Shown: positions 34,867-42,191 of the stretch, piece after piece
How the letters are laid out: each line of letters opens with the position of its first letter
Numbering within the stretch: the stretch's first letter is position 1
IMG/VR virus record: IMGVR_UViG_3300017747_002686
Span: 1-45,054 of that record
DNA: 45,054 nucleotides
Reading direction: 5' to 3' (one strand)
Source of the DNA: a virus
Lineage: Duplodnaviria > Caudoviricetes
Program-made: the position numbers and the translations under genes
The notes under the pieces: model-generated
What the model was told of the DNA's origin: nothing
What the model saw: the letters and a program-made list of their open reading frames with translations, nothing else
The model's database searches: none

Positions 34867-35445
34867 ATGGAGCGAGAAGAAGCTCCTGTCCCACCTGCCC
34901 CGGTGGGCCGGACCTGGCACCCTATCGCCAACCGGCTAAACAGGCATGCGGTAAGAGCTACGCCGGCTTCCCCTACAGACACAGTAGTGTGGGAGACGGG
35001 AGGGTGCGCAGGAAGCTACGGCTGGCCCGCACCGCGACCGAAGGCTAGCCTCCTCACTACGATCTCGACAGCCAAGCGCGCTGCCGACCAGACAAGCAGT
35101 GGCCCCACCCCCACTAGAAATTGGGTGGCCTGATAAAGACGGATAGGGATGCACGCTGGTGGGAGTAGCAGGAAGCCACCAGCCTCTGCATTGCGTACTC
35201 TAAGTGGACTCGTTGCTCGGTACTCGGGACTCGGACATGCTGGTATAGGTGCTGGTTAGAGAACAGGGGTGGAGGGATCATGAAGGACGCTAGGGGGATA
35301 GGTGTAAGCAGATTCTGGAATATGGAATATGAGCGTAGCGAATCAGTGCTAGGCTCCAAGTAGCCAGGTGCCGGTAGCGGGCAGGGAGGACCACCTCAAG
35401 CCTGCTGCCTCCGCCTGGCTTTGCTGTTTCACCCTTTGACAGGAG
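34867..35445 (+). ncRNA. Candidate long structured non-coding RNA or leader
   Basis: ~580 nt directly downstream of the promoter, no convincing CDS, many nested inverted repeats and many GGA motifs. Confidence 0.4.
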
Positions 35446-35451
35446 AGCCAC

Positions 35452-35538
35452 ATGGCTGCCAAGAAGAAAGCTGCGAAGAAGGAGCTGCCCAAGGGCTTCA
35501 TCCCCTTCGGCAAGAAGAAGGCTGGCAAGAAGAAGTAA
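35452..35538 (+). CDS. Lys-rich 28-aa micro-protein
   Basis: SD AGGAGAG; MAAKKKAAKKELPKGFIPFGKKKAGKKK; preferred AAG codons. Confidence 0.75.
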   Translation: MAAKKKAAKKELPKGFIPFGKKKAGKKK

Positions 35539-35545
35539 GCTGTAC

Positions 35546-35618
35546 GGGAGGATGGTGTAAAGGCTGCACGTCGGAATGTGAATCCGCAAGTAGGGGTTCG
35601 AGTCCCCACCTCCCTCCA
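35546..35618 (+). tRNA. Degenerate tRNA-like gene with GTG (His) anticodon
   Basis: Acceptor GGGAGG/CCTCCC, D arm GTGT/GCAC, anticodon arm CGGA-ATGTGAA-TCCG, T loop GGTTCGAGTCC, encoded CCA; several stem mismatches. Confidence 0.6.
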
Positions 35619-35673
35619 TCATGTTGTACCCAGATGCACCACGACATAGAGCATACATCGCCCGGAGATTGAC

Positions 35674-35955
35674 ATGGCACAAACCTACAAGACTGACCGC
35701 TTCAACATCCCGCAGCTGCCGGCTCACGCCGTCGCCGTTGCCACCCTCACTGGCCTGGCCCGCGACGACGCAGCCAAGCCGGACGGCTTCTCGGTCTACG
35801 TGACCAGCGCCGGCACCATCGTGGGCACACCGCTGGGCAAGGATGGGGTGAGCATCACGCTGACCTTCACCGATGTCCACATTGGCCACGTGATCCCGTT
35901 CCGCTTCAAGCTGGTGGCCGCGTCGCACACCGCCACCTTCGTGGCCCTGTACTAA
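35674..35955 (+). CDS. Head spike base protein (RcGTA Rcc01079-like)
   Basis: 93 aa; PAHAVAV...VYV..AG.I.......TF..V..G...P.RFK.V.A..TA..VALY matches the spike-base family pattern. Confidence 0.65.
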   Translation: MAQTYKTDRFNIPQLPAHAVAVATLTGLARDDAAKPDGFSVYVTSAGTIVGTPLGKDGVSITLTFTDVHIGHVIPFRFKLVAASHTATFVALY

Positions 35956-35958
35956 GCC

Positions 35959-37302
35959 ATGTCCCTCAACCTCTCCCTCAGCCTCCCGGCACTCCTGTTC
36001 CGACAGGCGCTGGGAGGGGCTGGTGCTCCGGCTGCGTTCACCGAGCTGACCAAGAGCGGCAACCAGGCCGTAGCGGCGAACACCGCGATCCTGTCCTTCG
36101 ACACTGCTGACCGTGACCCGCTGGGCGCGTACAGCGCTGGCGCTCCGACCCGGTTGACGGTTGGACCTGGCATCAGCTGGGTGCAACTGGCTGGCGCGAT
36201 CAACACCTCCAGCCTGGGTAGCACCACCGCGGTGATGGGCATGTCGCTGCTGAAGAACGGCGCGGTTGTGGCCGGTGGCTTCCAGCACTGCCTCCGCCTG
36301 GTGACCGGCGTGCAAAGCATCTGCGTCAAGAGCGCACCGCTTCAGGTGGTTGAGGGCGACTACTTCGAGCTGCGCATCGACAGCCCGGATGACGCTGCCT
36401 TCACCATCATCCCGCAGAACCTGACCACACTGAGCCGTACCCGCTTCACCATGCGAGACCTGGTGGATGTGGAAGGCGCCCTGGTCGAGCTGACCACCAG
36501 CCCGGCTCAGGTCAACTCGCAGCCGCTGACGTACGACGCTGAGCGCTACGATACGGACGGTATGTTCACCGCACCGGGTACTAGCATCAACATCCCGGCA
36601 GGCTGGACACGCGCTGAAGCAATGGCGTATGTGGACTTCGTGAGCACAGGTAGTACGAACCCCACCGGCCCGGTCATCAACTACAGCCTGGCGGCAGCAA
36701 GCGCTCGCATCTATGGTCTGTTCGGCTCTGGTCCTAACATCACGTTGACGACAGGCTCAATGGGTGTGGCGGAGGCGCAGTTCTACTCCTTCACTTCCCA
36801 GACAACTGACACCTCATACAACCAGGGTGCGGGAAGCTGGGCGTCGGTGGTCAACACGACCGACCGAGTCGGAGCACGTGCGCGGATCAACGGAGATCAA
36901 GCTCTGAACCTTAGCCTATCGGCTGCCATTGTGTTCAACACGGAGGTGTACGACGACGCAGGTTGCTTCGATGCAGCGGGAACAGGTCGCATGACGATCC
37001 CGGCTGACTACAGCGCCGCGGAAGTGTCGTGGGGCTTATCCACCACTGGCACGGGAATCTCTGGCACGCTGGGCAGCTGGTGTGAACACCGCAATGCAGC
37101 TGGCACCTTGAAGGAGACCTTCCAGTCGAGCACAGGGGCCGGCAACAACGTCGGGCTATTCACCGCTGGCTGCACCGGTCCCATTGTGGTGGAAGAAGGC
37201 GACTACTTCACCGTCCACCCGATCTCTGATGACACGTCCGCTACCGTGACCAACACGGTGAGTACGTTCTTCGCCCTTGAACTATTCGGAGCTGCTGAAT
37301 GA
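35959..37302 (+). CDS. Head spike fibre with three tandem C1q/TNF-like domains
   Basis: N-terminal MSLNLSLSL alternating-Leu peptide; three repeats of (F/Y)D...D..G.F......T.P.G ... V.EGDYF. Confidence 0.6.
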   Translation: MSLNLSLSLPALLFRQALGGAGAPAAFTELTKSGNQAVAANTAILSFDTADRDPLGAYSAGAPTRLTVGPGISWVQLAGAINTSSLGSTTAVMGMSLLKNGAVVAGGFQHCLRLVTGVQSICVKSAPLQVVEGDYFELRIDSPDDAAFTIIPQNLTTLSRTRFTMRDLVDVEGALVELTTSPAQVNSQPLTYDAERYDTDGMFTAPGTSINIPAGWTRAEAMAYVDFVSTGSTNPTGPVINYSLAAASARIYGLFGSGPNITLTTGSMGVAEAQFYSFTSQTTDTSYNQGAGSWASVVNTTDRVGARARINGDQALNLSLSAAIVFNTEVYDDAGCFDAAGTGRMTIPADYSAAEVSWGLSTTGTGISGTLGSWCEHRNAAGTLKETFQSSTGAGNNVGLFTAGCTGPIVVEEGDYFTVHPISDDTSATVTNTVSTFFALELFGAAE

Positions 37303-37508
37303 ACCTAGTACCTGATTGGAAGAAGTCGTGGCGCTGGTTCAGCATCCACGCGCTAGCGTTGCAGACTGCTGCGACGCTGGCCTGGCTGCAAGTCCCTGCT
37401 GATCTTCGGGAGGTAATCCCGATGGAGATGCAGGTGGCTGCCGCGGTGGGTATGTTCCTGCTTGGCTGGGTCGGCCGCATCGTTGACCAGCCGGAGAAGA
37501 CAGCATGA
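37299..37508 (+). CDS. Holin
   Basis: 69 aa, two TM segments, L..DWKK.WRWFS N-terminus and GR.VDQP C-terminus. Confidence 0.7.
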   Translation: MNLVPDWKKSWRWFSIHALALQTAATLAWLQVPADLREVIPMEMQVAAAVGMFLLGWVGRIVDQPEKTA

Positions 37509-37837
37509 TCCTGGCGCTGATCCGCCCTTACCTGCAACCGATCCTCGCCGGCGCACTTGCGCTGGCGCTGGTCTTCGGTGGTGTGCAGACCTGGCGCCTA
37601 AAGGGCGCTCAGGCTGACGCAGCCAAGTCTCAGCTCAGCTCTGTCGTCCACGAGGCCAACGCCACCGTGCTCGAGGATGCTGTCGAGACGCAGACCCAAG
37701 CCGTCGAGCAGCTTGCTGAGAAGCAGGCAGCCGACACGACCTCCCGCGCCAAGCGGGCTACCCAGGTTTTGGAACAGAAGCCGGTGCCACACGCACCTGG
37801 AGCTGATGCCCTCAACCGTTGGCTGGAGACACAGTGA
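37505..37837 (+). CDS. Inner-membrane spanin (Rz-like)
   Basis: N-terminal TM ending VQTWRL followed by a helical periplasmic region. Confidence 0.7.
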   Translation: MILALIRPYLQPILAGALALALVFGGVQTWRLKGAQADAAKSQLSSVVHEANATVLEDAVETQTQAVEQLAEKQAADTTSRAKRATQVLEQKPVPHAPGADALNRWLETQ

Positions 37838-38142
37838 TGAATCCGCACTTCACGTGGGTTATGTTCGCGCTTCTGCTGTTGGCCTTTGGGCTCAGCGGTT
37901 GTTCCTCCAAGCCGGCGCTGGTCCGAACCGTTGAGGTGAAGGTGCCAGTGTACATCGTCCCGGCCCCGCCTGCGGCACTCGCCGCATGTGGCGAGATCAA
38001 GCCAGGCTTCCGCTTCTATTCGACTTCTCCGACGAGTAAGGACGTGCTGATTCTCGAGAAGGACCAGCTGGCGTTCCAGCGCTGGGTCGAGGAGAAGAAC
38101 CGCTGCATCAAGGCCTGGAAGGAATGGGGGAAGCCGCAATGA
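37837..38142 (+). CDS. Outer-membrane lipoprotein spanin (Rz1-like)
   Basis: Lipobox LSGC, Pro-rich segment VPAPPAAL, two further Cys. Confidence 0.7.
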   Translation: MNPHFTWVMFALLLLAFGLSGCSSKPALVRTVEVKVPVYIVPAPPAALAACGEIKPGFRFYSTSPTSKDVLILEKDQLAFQRWVEEKNRCIKAWKEWGKPQ

Positions 38143-38390
38143 CGACCGACCGCATCATCGGTGCCTTGCAGGCGGATATGGAGAACGTCAAGGACGACGT
38201 AGCCTACATCCGCGCGCACATGGTCACCCGGCAAGAGTTCGAGCGCACAGCGGCTGAACACTCCGGCTTCCGCCGCGACATCGCCGCGCTTCAGAAGACA
38301 GACGACCGCAGTGAGATTCTGATCAAGTGGGTTGAGCGCGGTGTCTGGGCGCTCGTCGTGCTTGGAGCTGCCACCCTATTCGGAGGTTGA
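38139..38390 (+). CDS. Coiled-coil protein with C-terminal TM helix (lysis-associated?)
   Basis: 83 aa, heptad N-terminus and hydrophobic C-terminus. Confidence 0.55.
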   Translation: MTTDRIIGALQADMENVKDDVAYIRAHMVTRQEFERTAAEHSGFRRDIAALQKTDDRSEILIKWVERGVWALVVLGAATLFGG

Positions 38391-38391
38391 G

Positions 38392-39732
38392 ATGAGCATC
38401 ACGGTACACCCATACACCCTGAGCGGCACCAACCCGCAGTCGTCCAGCTTGACGTATGACCAGGAGACGGGTTTGCTGTGGGGTACCGGCAGCACCTCCG
38501 GCAACTTCGTCGTCGGCATGTCGGCGGTTGCGCCGTATGTTGAGACCTCGCGTCTGACGGTGGACATCGCAGGCGGGCAGGAGTACAGCTACTTCGTCGG
38601 GCGCTACAGCGGCAAGCTGTGGACGCAGACCGGCTCTGGCAACTCCCGACCGCTGATCATGACGGACCCGCTCACCGGTTCAGTGCTAGACACGTTCGGC
38701 TCGAACGGTTCAGGTCTGAGCATGAGCAGCACCAACATCAAGACCTGCAACTGCATCGACGAGGCGCTGGACGGGGAAGGCAACATCTACGTCCTGGGCA
38801 ACGGTGTGCTAGGCGACGCGCTTGTGTTCACGGTGAACGAGGACCGCAACCAGTTTACATACCTCGGGCACAACAACGCCGCGCTGGAGATCGCCAACGC
38901 CTCAACCGGCATCGCTCCCGATCCTGACACTGGCGCCCCGCGCTGGATTTGCATGATCGGTAACGCGGTGTACCTCACTACCGTCGCAGGCACCACGGTA
39001 TCGCAGACGCTGCTGGTGAACATCACAGATGGCGCGGTAGAGCTGGCGCTGTTTGGCGTCAACATCGAGAACGGCGGCTCCCAGGAGCTGGCTGCATCCT
39101 ACGATGTGATCAACGACCGGCTGATCCTGTTCGGCAATTCTGCCATGTGCGCCCTGGACTGGGGTGTGTGGAACGTGGCGGCGTGGAACCGCTCGTTCAC
39201 GGGCTCGATGGGTTCAACCGCTGGCTGGGGCCGCGAGCCTCAGATTCGTGGGGCTGCCAAGCACATCGGCTTCGCCACCCAGGATACGAACACGCTCCGT
39301 GCCTACCTGGTTCGCCTGTCGGATGGTGCGTTGATTGCCTCAGGGTCGCAGCTGTACAGCAACTCGGTTAGCAGCTCGTTCCCGGCGCAGTTGTGGGATG
39401 AGTTTCAGGAACGGGTCTTCATCCGCCTCCCTGAGACGGAGATGATCGCCATTCAGTTCAGCGTGGCCATCTACCCGACTGAGCCGACCGAGGAAGACCC
39501 GTTCGATCCGAACGATCCTGACCTGGGCAACCTGTCTCCGGTGCTGCGGCAAGGCCCGGTGATCCGAACGGTGAACGACAACGCCCTGGCAGTGCAGGAA
39601 GCGCTGACCAAGCTGGCCGACATCGACAACGTGGATGGAGATGTGCTGCAACTCACGCTGGACCTGAACGGCCACCGGCTGATCAACCTACTGGACGACG
39701 GCGCACCGCAATCTATCAAGCTGAGGAGCTGA
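38392..39732 (+). CDS. Putative receptor-binding/tail fibre protein: beta-propeller with C-terminal virion-anchor domain
   Basis: SD GGAGG; blade-like repeats (LTYDQETGLLW, ASYDVINDRL, LWDEFQERVF); C-terminal VNDN...LDLNGHRLINL motif. Confidence 0.6.
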   Translation: MSITVHPYTLSGTNPQSSSLTYDQETGLLWGTGSTSGNFVVGMSAVAPYVETSRLTVDIAGGQEYSYFVGRYSGKLWTQTGSGNSRPLIMTDPLTGSVLDTFGSNGSGLSMSSTNIKTCNCIDEALDGEGNIYVLGNGVLGDALVFTVNEDRNQFTYLGHNNAALEIANASTGIAPDPDTGAPRWICMIGNAVYLTTVAGTTVSQTLLVNITDGAVELALFGVNIENGGSQELAASYDVINDRLILFGNSAMCALDWGVWNVAAWNRSFTGSMGSTAGWGREPQIRGAAKHIGFATQDTNTLRAYLVRLSDGALIASGSQLYSNSVSSSFPAQLWDEFQERVFIRLPETEMIAIQFSVAIYPTEPTEEDPFDPNDPDLGNLSPVLRQGPVIRTVNDNALAVQEALTKLADIDNVDGDVLQLTLDLNGHRLINLLDDGAPQSIKLRS

Positions 39733-39733
39733 C

Positions 39734-39943
39734 ATGGCAACCACCATCGACTACACCGACAAGCCGGATGACTACTTCATCACGGTGGCGCAGATCAACG
39801 CGCTGTTTCAGCAGATCAAGACTGTGCTCGATGGCAAGATGGATGTCCGGGGCTTCACCGCCTCGGAGTCCATCGTGTGTGTCGGCACCACGGTACTCAA
39901 CGTGCCTGAGCCCACTGAGGCCGGCGACCTGGAGCGAATCTGA
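39734..39943 (+). CDS. Stand-alone tail-fibre anchor-domain protein
   Basis: 69 aa; INALFQQIKTVLDGK...VLNVPEP parallels the anchor motif. Confidence 0.6.
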   Translation: MATTIDYTDKPDDYFITVAQINALFQQIKTVLDGKMDVRGFTASESIVCVGTTVLNVPEPTEAGDLERI

Positions 39944-40155
39944 TGGCCCTGACCCTGGTAACTGTCACCGCTGCGAACCTTCACGAGGCTTGCAACGAGA
40001 ACTGGCGGCGCATCTACGAGGAGATTGGCAAGAAGGTGCCACTCACTGGTACCATCCGCCTCGAAGGTGACATTGACTTCGACAATCTGTACACCATCAA
40101 GGGCATCACCCCGGATGGTCCTAACACGGCAATCTCGAATGACTACGAAGCCTGA
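39943..40155 (+). CDS. Second stand-alone tail-fibre anchor-domain protein
   Basis: 70 aa; CNENWRRIYEEIGKK...LEGDIDFDNLYTIKGI parallels the anchor motif. Confidence 0.6.
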   Translation: MALTLVTVTAANLHEACNENWRRIYEEIGKKVPLTGTIRLEGDIDFDNLYTIKGITPDGPNTAISNDYEA

Positions 40156-40654
40156 GTTCAACTACGCGGAGTGGCCTGCCTCTCCGCAGGAAGGCTACCG
40201 CATTGGTACCAACTACCTGACGGTGGGCCTATTCGTTGAGCTGGAGCGCGGCAACACCGGAGACCCGCTCTACAGCCTGGGCGAGACGGATGTGTGGGAT
40301 GAGGCGCGTCAGCGCTGGTTCCCATCCGCCCGCCTAATCTACCTGGCCAGCAAGGGTGAGCACGACGCCATGCAGAAGCTGGTCGGCAGCTTCAAGCAGT
40401 GGGCCAAGCTCAAGGAGCTGGAGTGGTTCCGCAAGGAGCTGGACGGCTGGATGGCTGAGTGGGCCATGAAGAAGGAACAGCACGCGCGAGAGCTGCTAGA
40501 GTTCCACGCCTTCAAGAATCCCAGCGCTGCCAAGACACTGTTCGACGACGCCAAGAAGAAGGCGCCAGGTCGGCCGGTCAAGAGCCGCGCCAAGAAGGAC
40601 AACAGCACCGACGTGGAAGATCACATCAACCGCGTCACCCAACTGAGGAAGTAA
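40139..40654 (+). CDS. terS: Terminase small subunit
   Basis: Immediately upstream of terL; T..LF.E...P.YSL...PS...IYL...E..A...L.GS..W..L pattern, basic C-terminus. Confidence 0.65.
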   Translation: MTTKPEFNYAEWPASPQEGYRIGTNYLTVGLFVELERGNTGDPLYSLGETDVWDEARQRWFPSARLIYLASKGEHDAMQKLVGSFKQWAKLKELEWFRKELDGWMAEWAMKKEQHARELLEFHAFKNPSAAKTLFDDAKKKAPGRPVKSRAKKDNSTDVEDHINRVTQLRK

Positions 40655-40655
40655 C

Positions 40656-42191
40656 GTGGCCAAGCCAACCCGTGACGAGATGCGCAAGATGGCGGAGGTA
40701 GACCTCTACACCTTCGCCGTCCTAACCAACCCCGGCCGGGTGTATGGCGAGGAGCACAAGCGCTGCTTCCAGTGGCTCCAGAACAACGAGCTGTACCAGC
40801 TGCTCCTACTGCCGCGGTCCCACATGAAGTCGCACTGCATCGCGGTGTGGTGCGCCTGGTGGGTGACCAAGCACCCCTGGACCACCGTGATGTACGTGTC
40901 GGCCACCGAGGGCCTGGCGCTCCAGCAGCTGTACGCGATCAAGCTCATCTTCGAGTCGGATGTCTACCGCCTGTTCTGGCCGGAGATGATCCACCCGGAT
41001 GAGGCCAAGCGCGAGAAGTGGGCGGCTGCTGAAATCAAGGTGGACCACCCGATGCGCAAGGAGCGCGGCGTGCGTGACGCCACCGTGCTGGCCAAGTCCA
41101 TCGGCTCGAACACCACCGGCCTCCACTGCGACGTGCTTGTGCTGGACGACATCGTGGTGCCAGACAACGCATACACCGAGGTAGGGCGCAAGGAAGTCAG
41201 CGCCTCCTACTCACAGTTCTCCTCCATCGCCAACCCAGGCGCCGTCGTCAAGGCGGTGGGTACGCGCTACCACCCGAAGGACGTGTACGGCATCTGGCTT
41301 GACACCACATCCGAGACGTTCGATGAGCAAGGTAACATCACAGGGCAAGAGAAGGTGTGGGACGTGCGCGAGCGCCCGGTCCACGACGAGGCCGGCAACT
41401 TCCTGTGGCCCCGTGAGAAGGATACGAAGACTGGACAGTGGTACGGGTTCGACCCCAAGACCTTGGCCCGCATCCGATCCAGCTACTTCAGCATGGGTGA
41501 GCAGGCGCAATACTTCGCACAGTATTTCAACAACCCCAACGAGGCTTCCTCCAACAGGGTGGACAACCAGGCCTTCGTCTATTACAATAGGGAGAAGCTG
41601 GTCTGCATCGGTGGTACGTGGCACTACAACGGCAAGCCCTTGGCAGTGTATCTGGGTGGGGACTTCGCCTACACTACGAACCAGCGAAGCGACTACACGG
41701 CGTACGCTGTCGTCGGGATCACCGAGGATAACTTCCGCCTGATCCTGGACCTGGATCAGTTCAAGACCTCGAAGTATGAGGAGTATTACCAGGCCCTGTT
41801 CCGGCTCTACCGCAAGTGGGGCTTCAAGAAGGGCAAGGTCGAAGTCAACAGCGGCGCTAACGTCATCGCCAACTACATCAAGGACCGCATCCGCGAGGAA
41901 GGTCTGCTGTGTAGCCTGACGGTGCAGAACAGCGTCCAGAACAAGGCAGAGCGCACCGCCGCTGTGCTGGAGCCAGTGTACGCGCAGCAAGCCATCCTCC
42001 ACTACAAGGGCGGCTACATGAACGAGTATGAGGAGCAGATGCTCCTGGCTCGCCCAGCACATGACGACTTGCGAGATGCTGTCACGCTCGCGGTCGAGGT
42101 AGGCAAGCCCGCTACCAAGAACCGTCAATCCACCCACGAAGACCCCCGCGGCAAGGTGGTCAACATCCGCTTCGGCGGACGGAGCCGTTAA
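40656..42191 (+). CDS. terL: Terminase large subunit
   Basis: LLLPRSHMKS Walker A variant, TGLHCDVLVLDD Walker B, GTRYH coupling motif, nuclease DFAY...DYTA and HDDLRDA. Confidence 0.93.
   Translation: MAKPTRDEMRKMAEVDLYTFAVLTNPGRVYGEEHKRCFQWLQNNELYQLLLLPRSHMKSHCIAVWCAWWVTKHPWTTVMYVSATEGLALQQLYAIKLIFESDVYRLFWPEMIHPDEAKREKWAAAEIKVDHPMRKERGVRDATVLAKSIGSNTTGLHCDVLVLDDIVVPDNAYTEVGRKEVSASYSQFSSIANPGAVVKAVGTRYHPKDVYGIWLDTTSETFDEQGNITGQEKVWDVRERPVHDEAGNFLWPREKDTKTGQWYGFDPKTLARIRSSYFSMGEQAQYFAQYFNNPNEASSNRVDNQAFVYYNREKLVCIGGTWHYNGKPLAVYLGGDFAYTTNQRSDYTAYAVVGITEDNFRLILDLDQFKTSKYEEYYQALFRLYRKWGFKKGKVEVNSGANVIANYIKDRIREEGLLCSLTVQNSVQNKAERTAAVLEPVYAQQAILHYKGGYMNEYEEQMLLARPAHDDLRDAVTLAVEVGKPATKNRQSTHEDPRGKVVNIRFGGRSR

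Noticed and set aside
34867-35133. Leaderless 88-aa CDS starting at the predicted +1
   Set aside because: Atypical codon usage and composition, and the twin promoter's equivalent ATG (44222) opens only three codons; not excluded but unsupported
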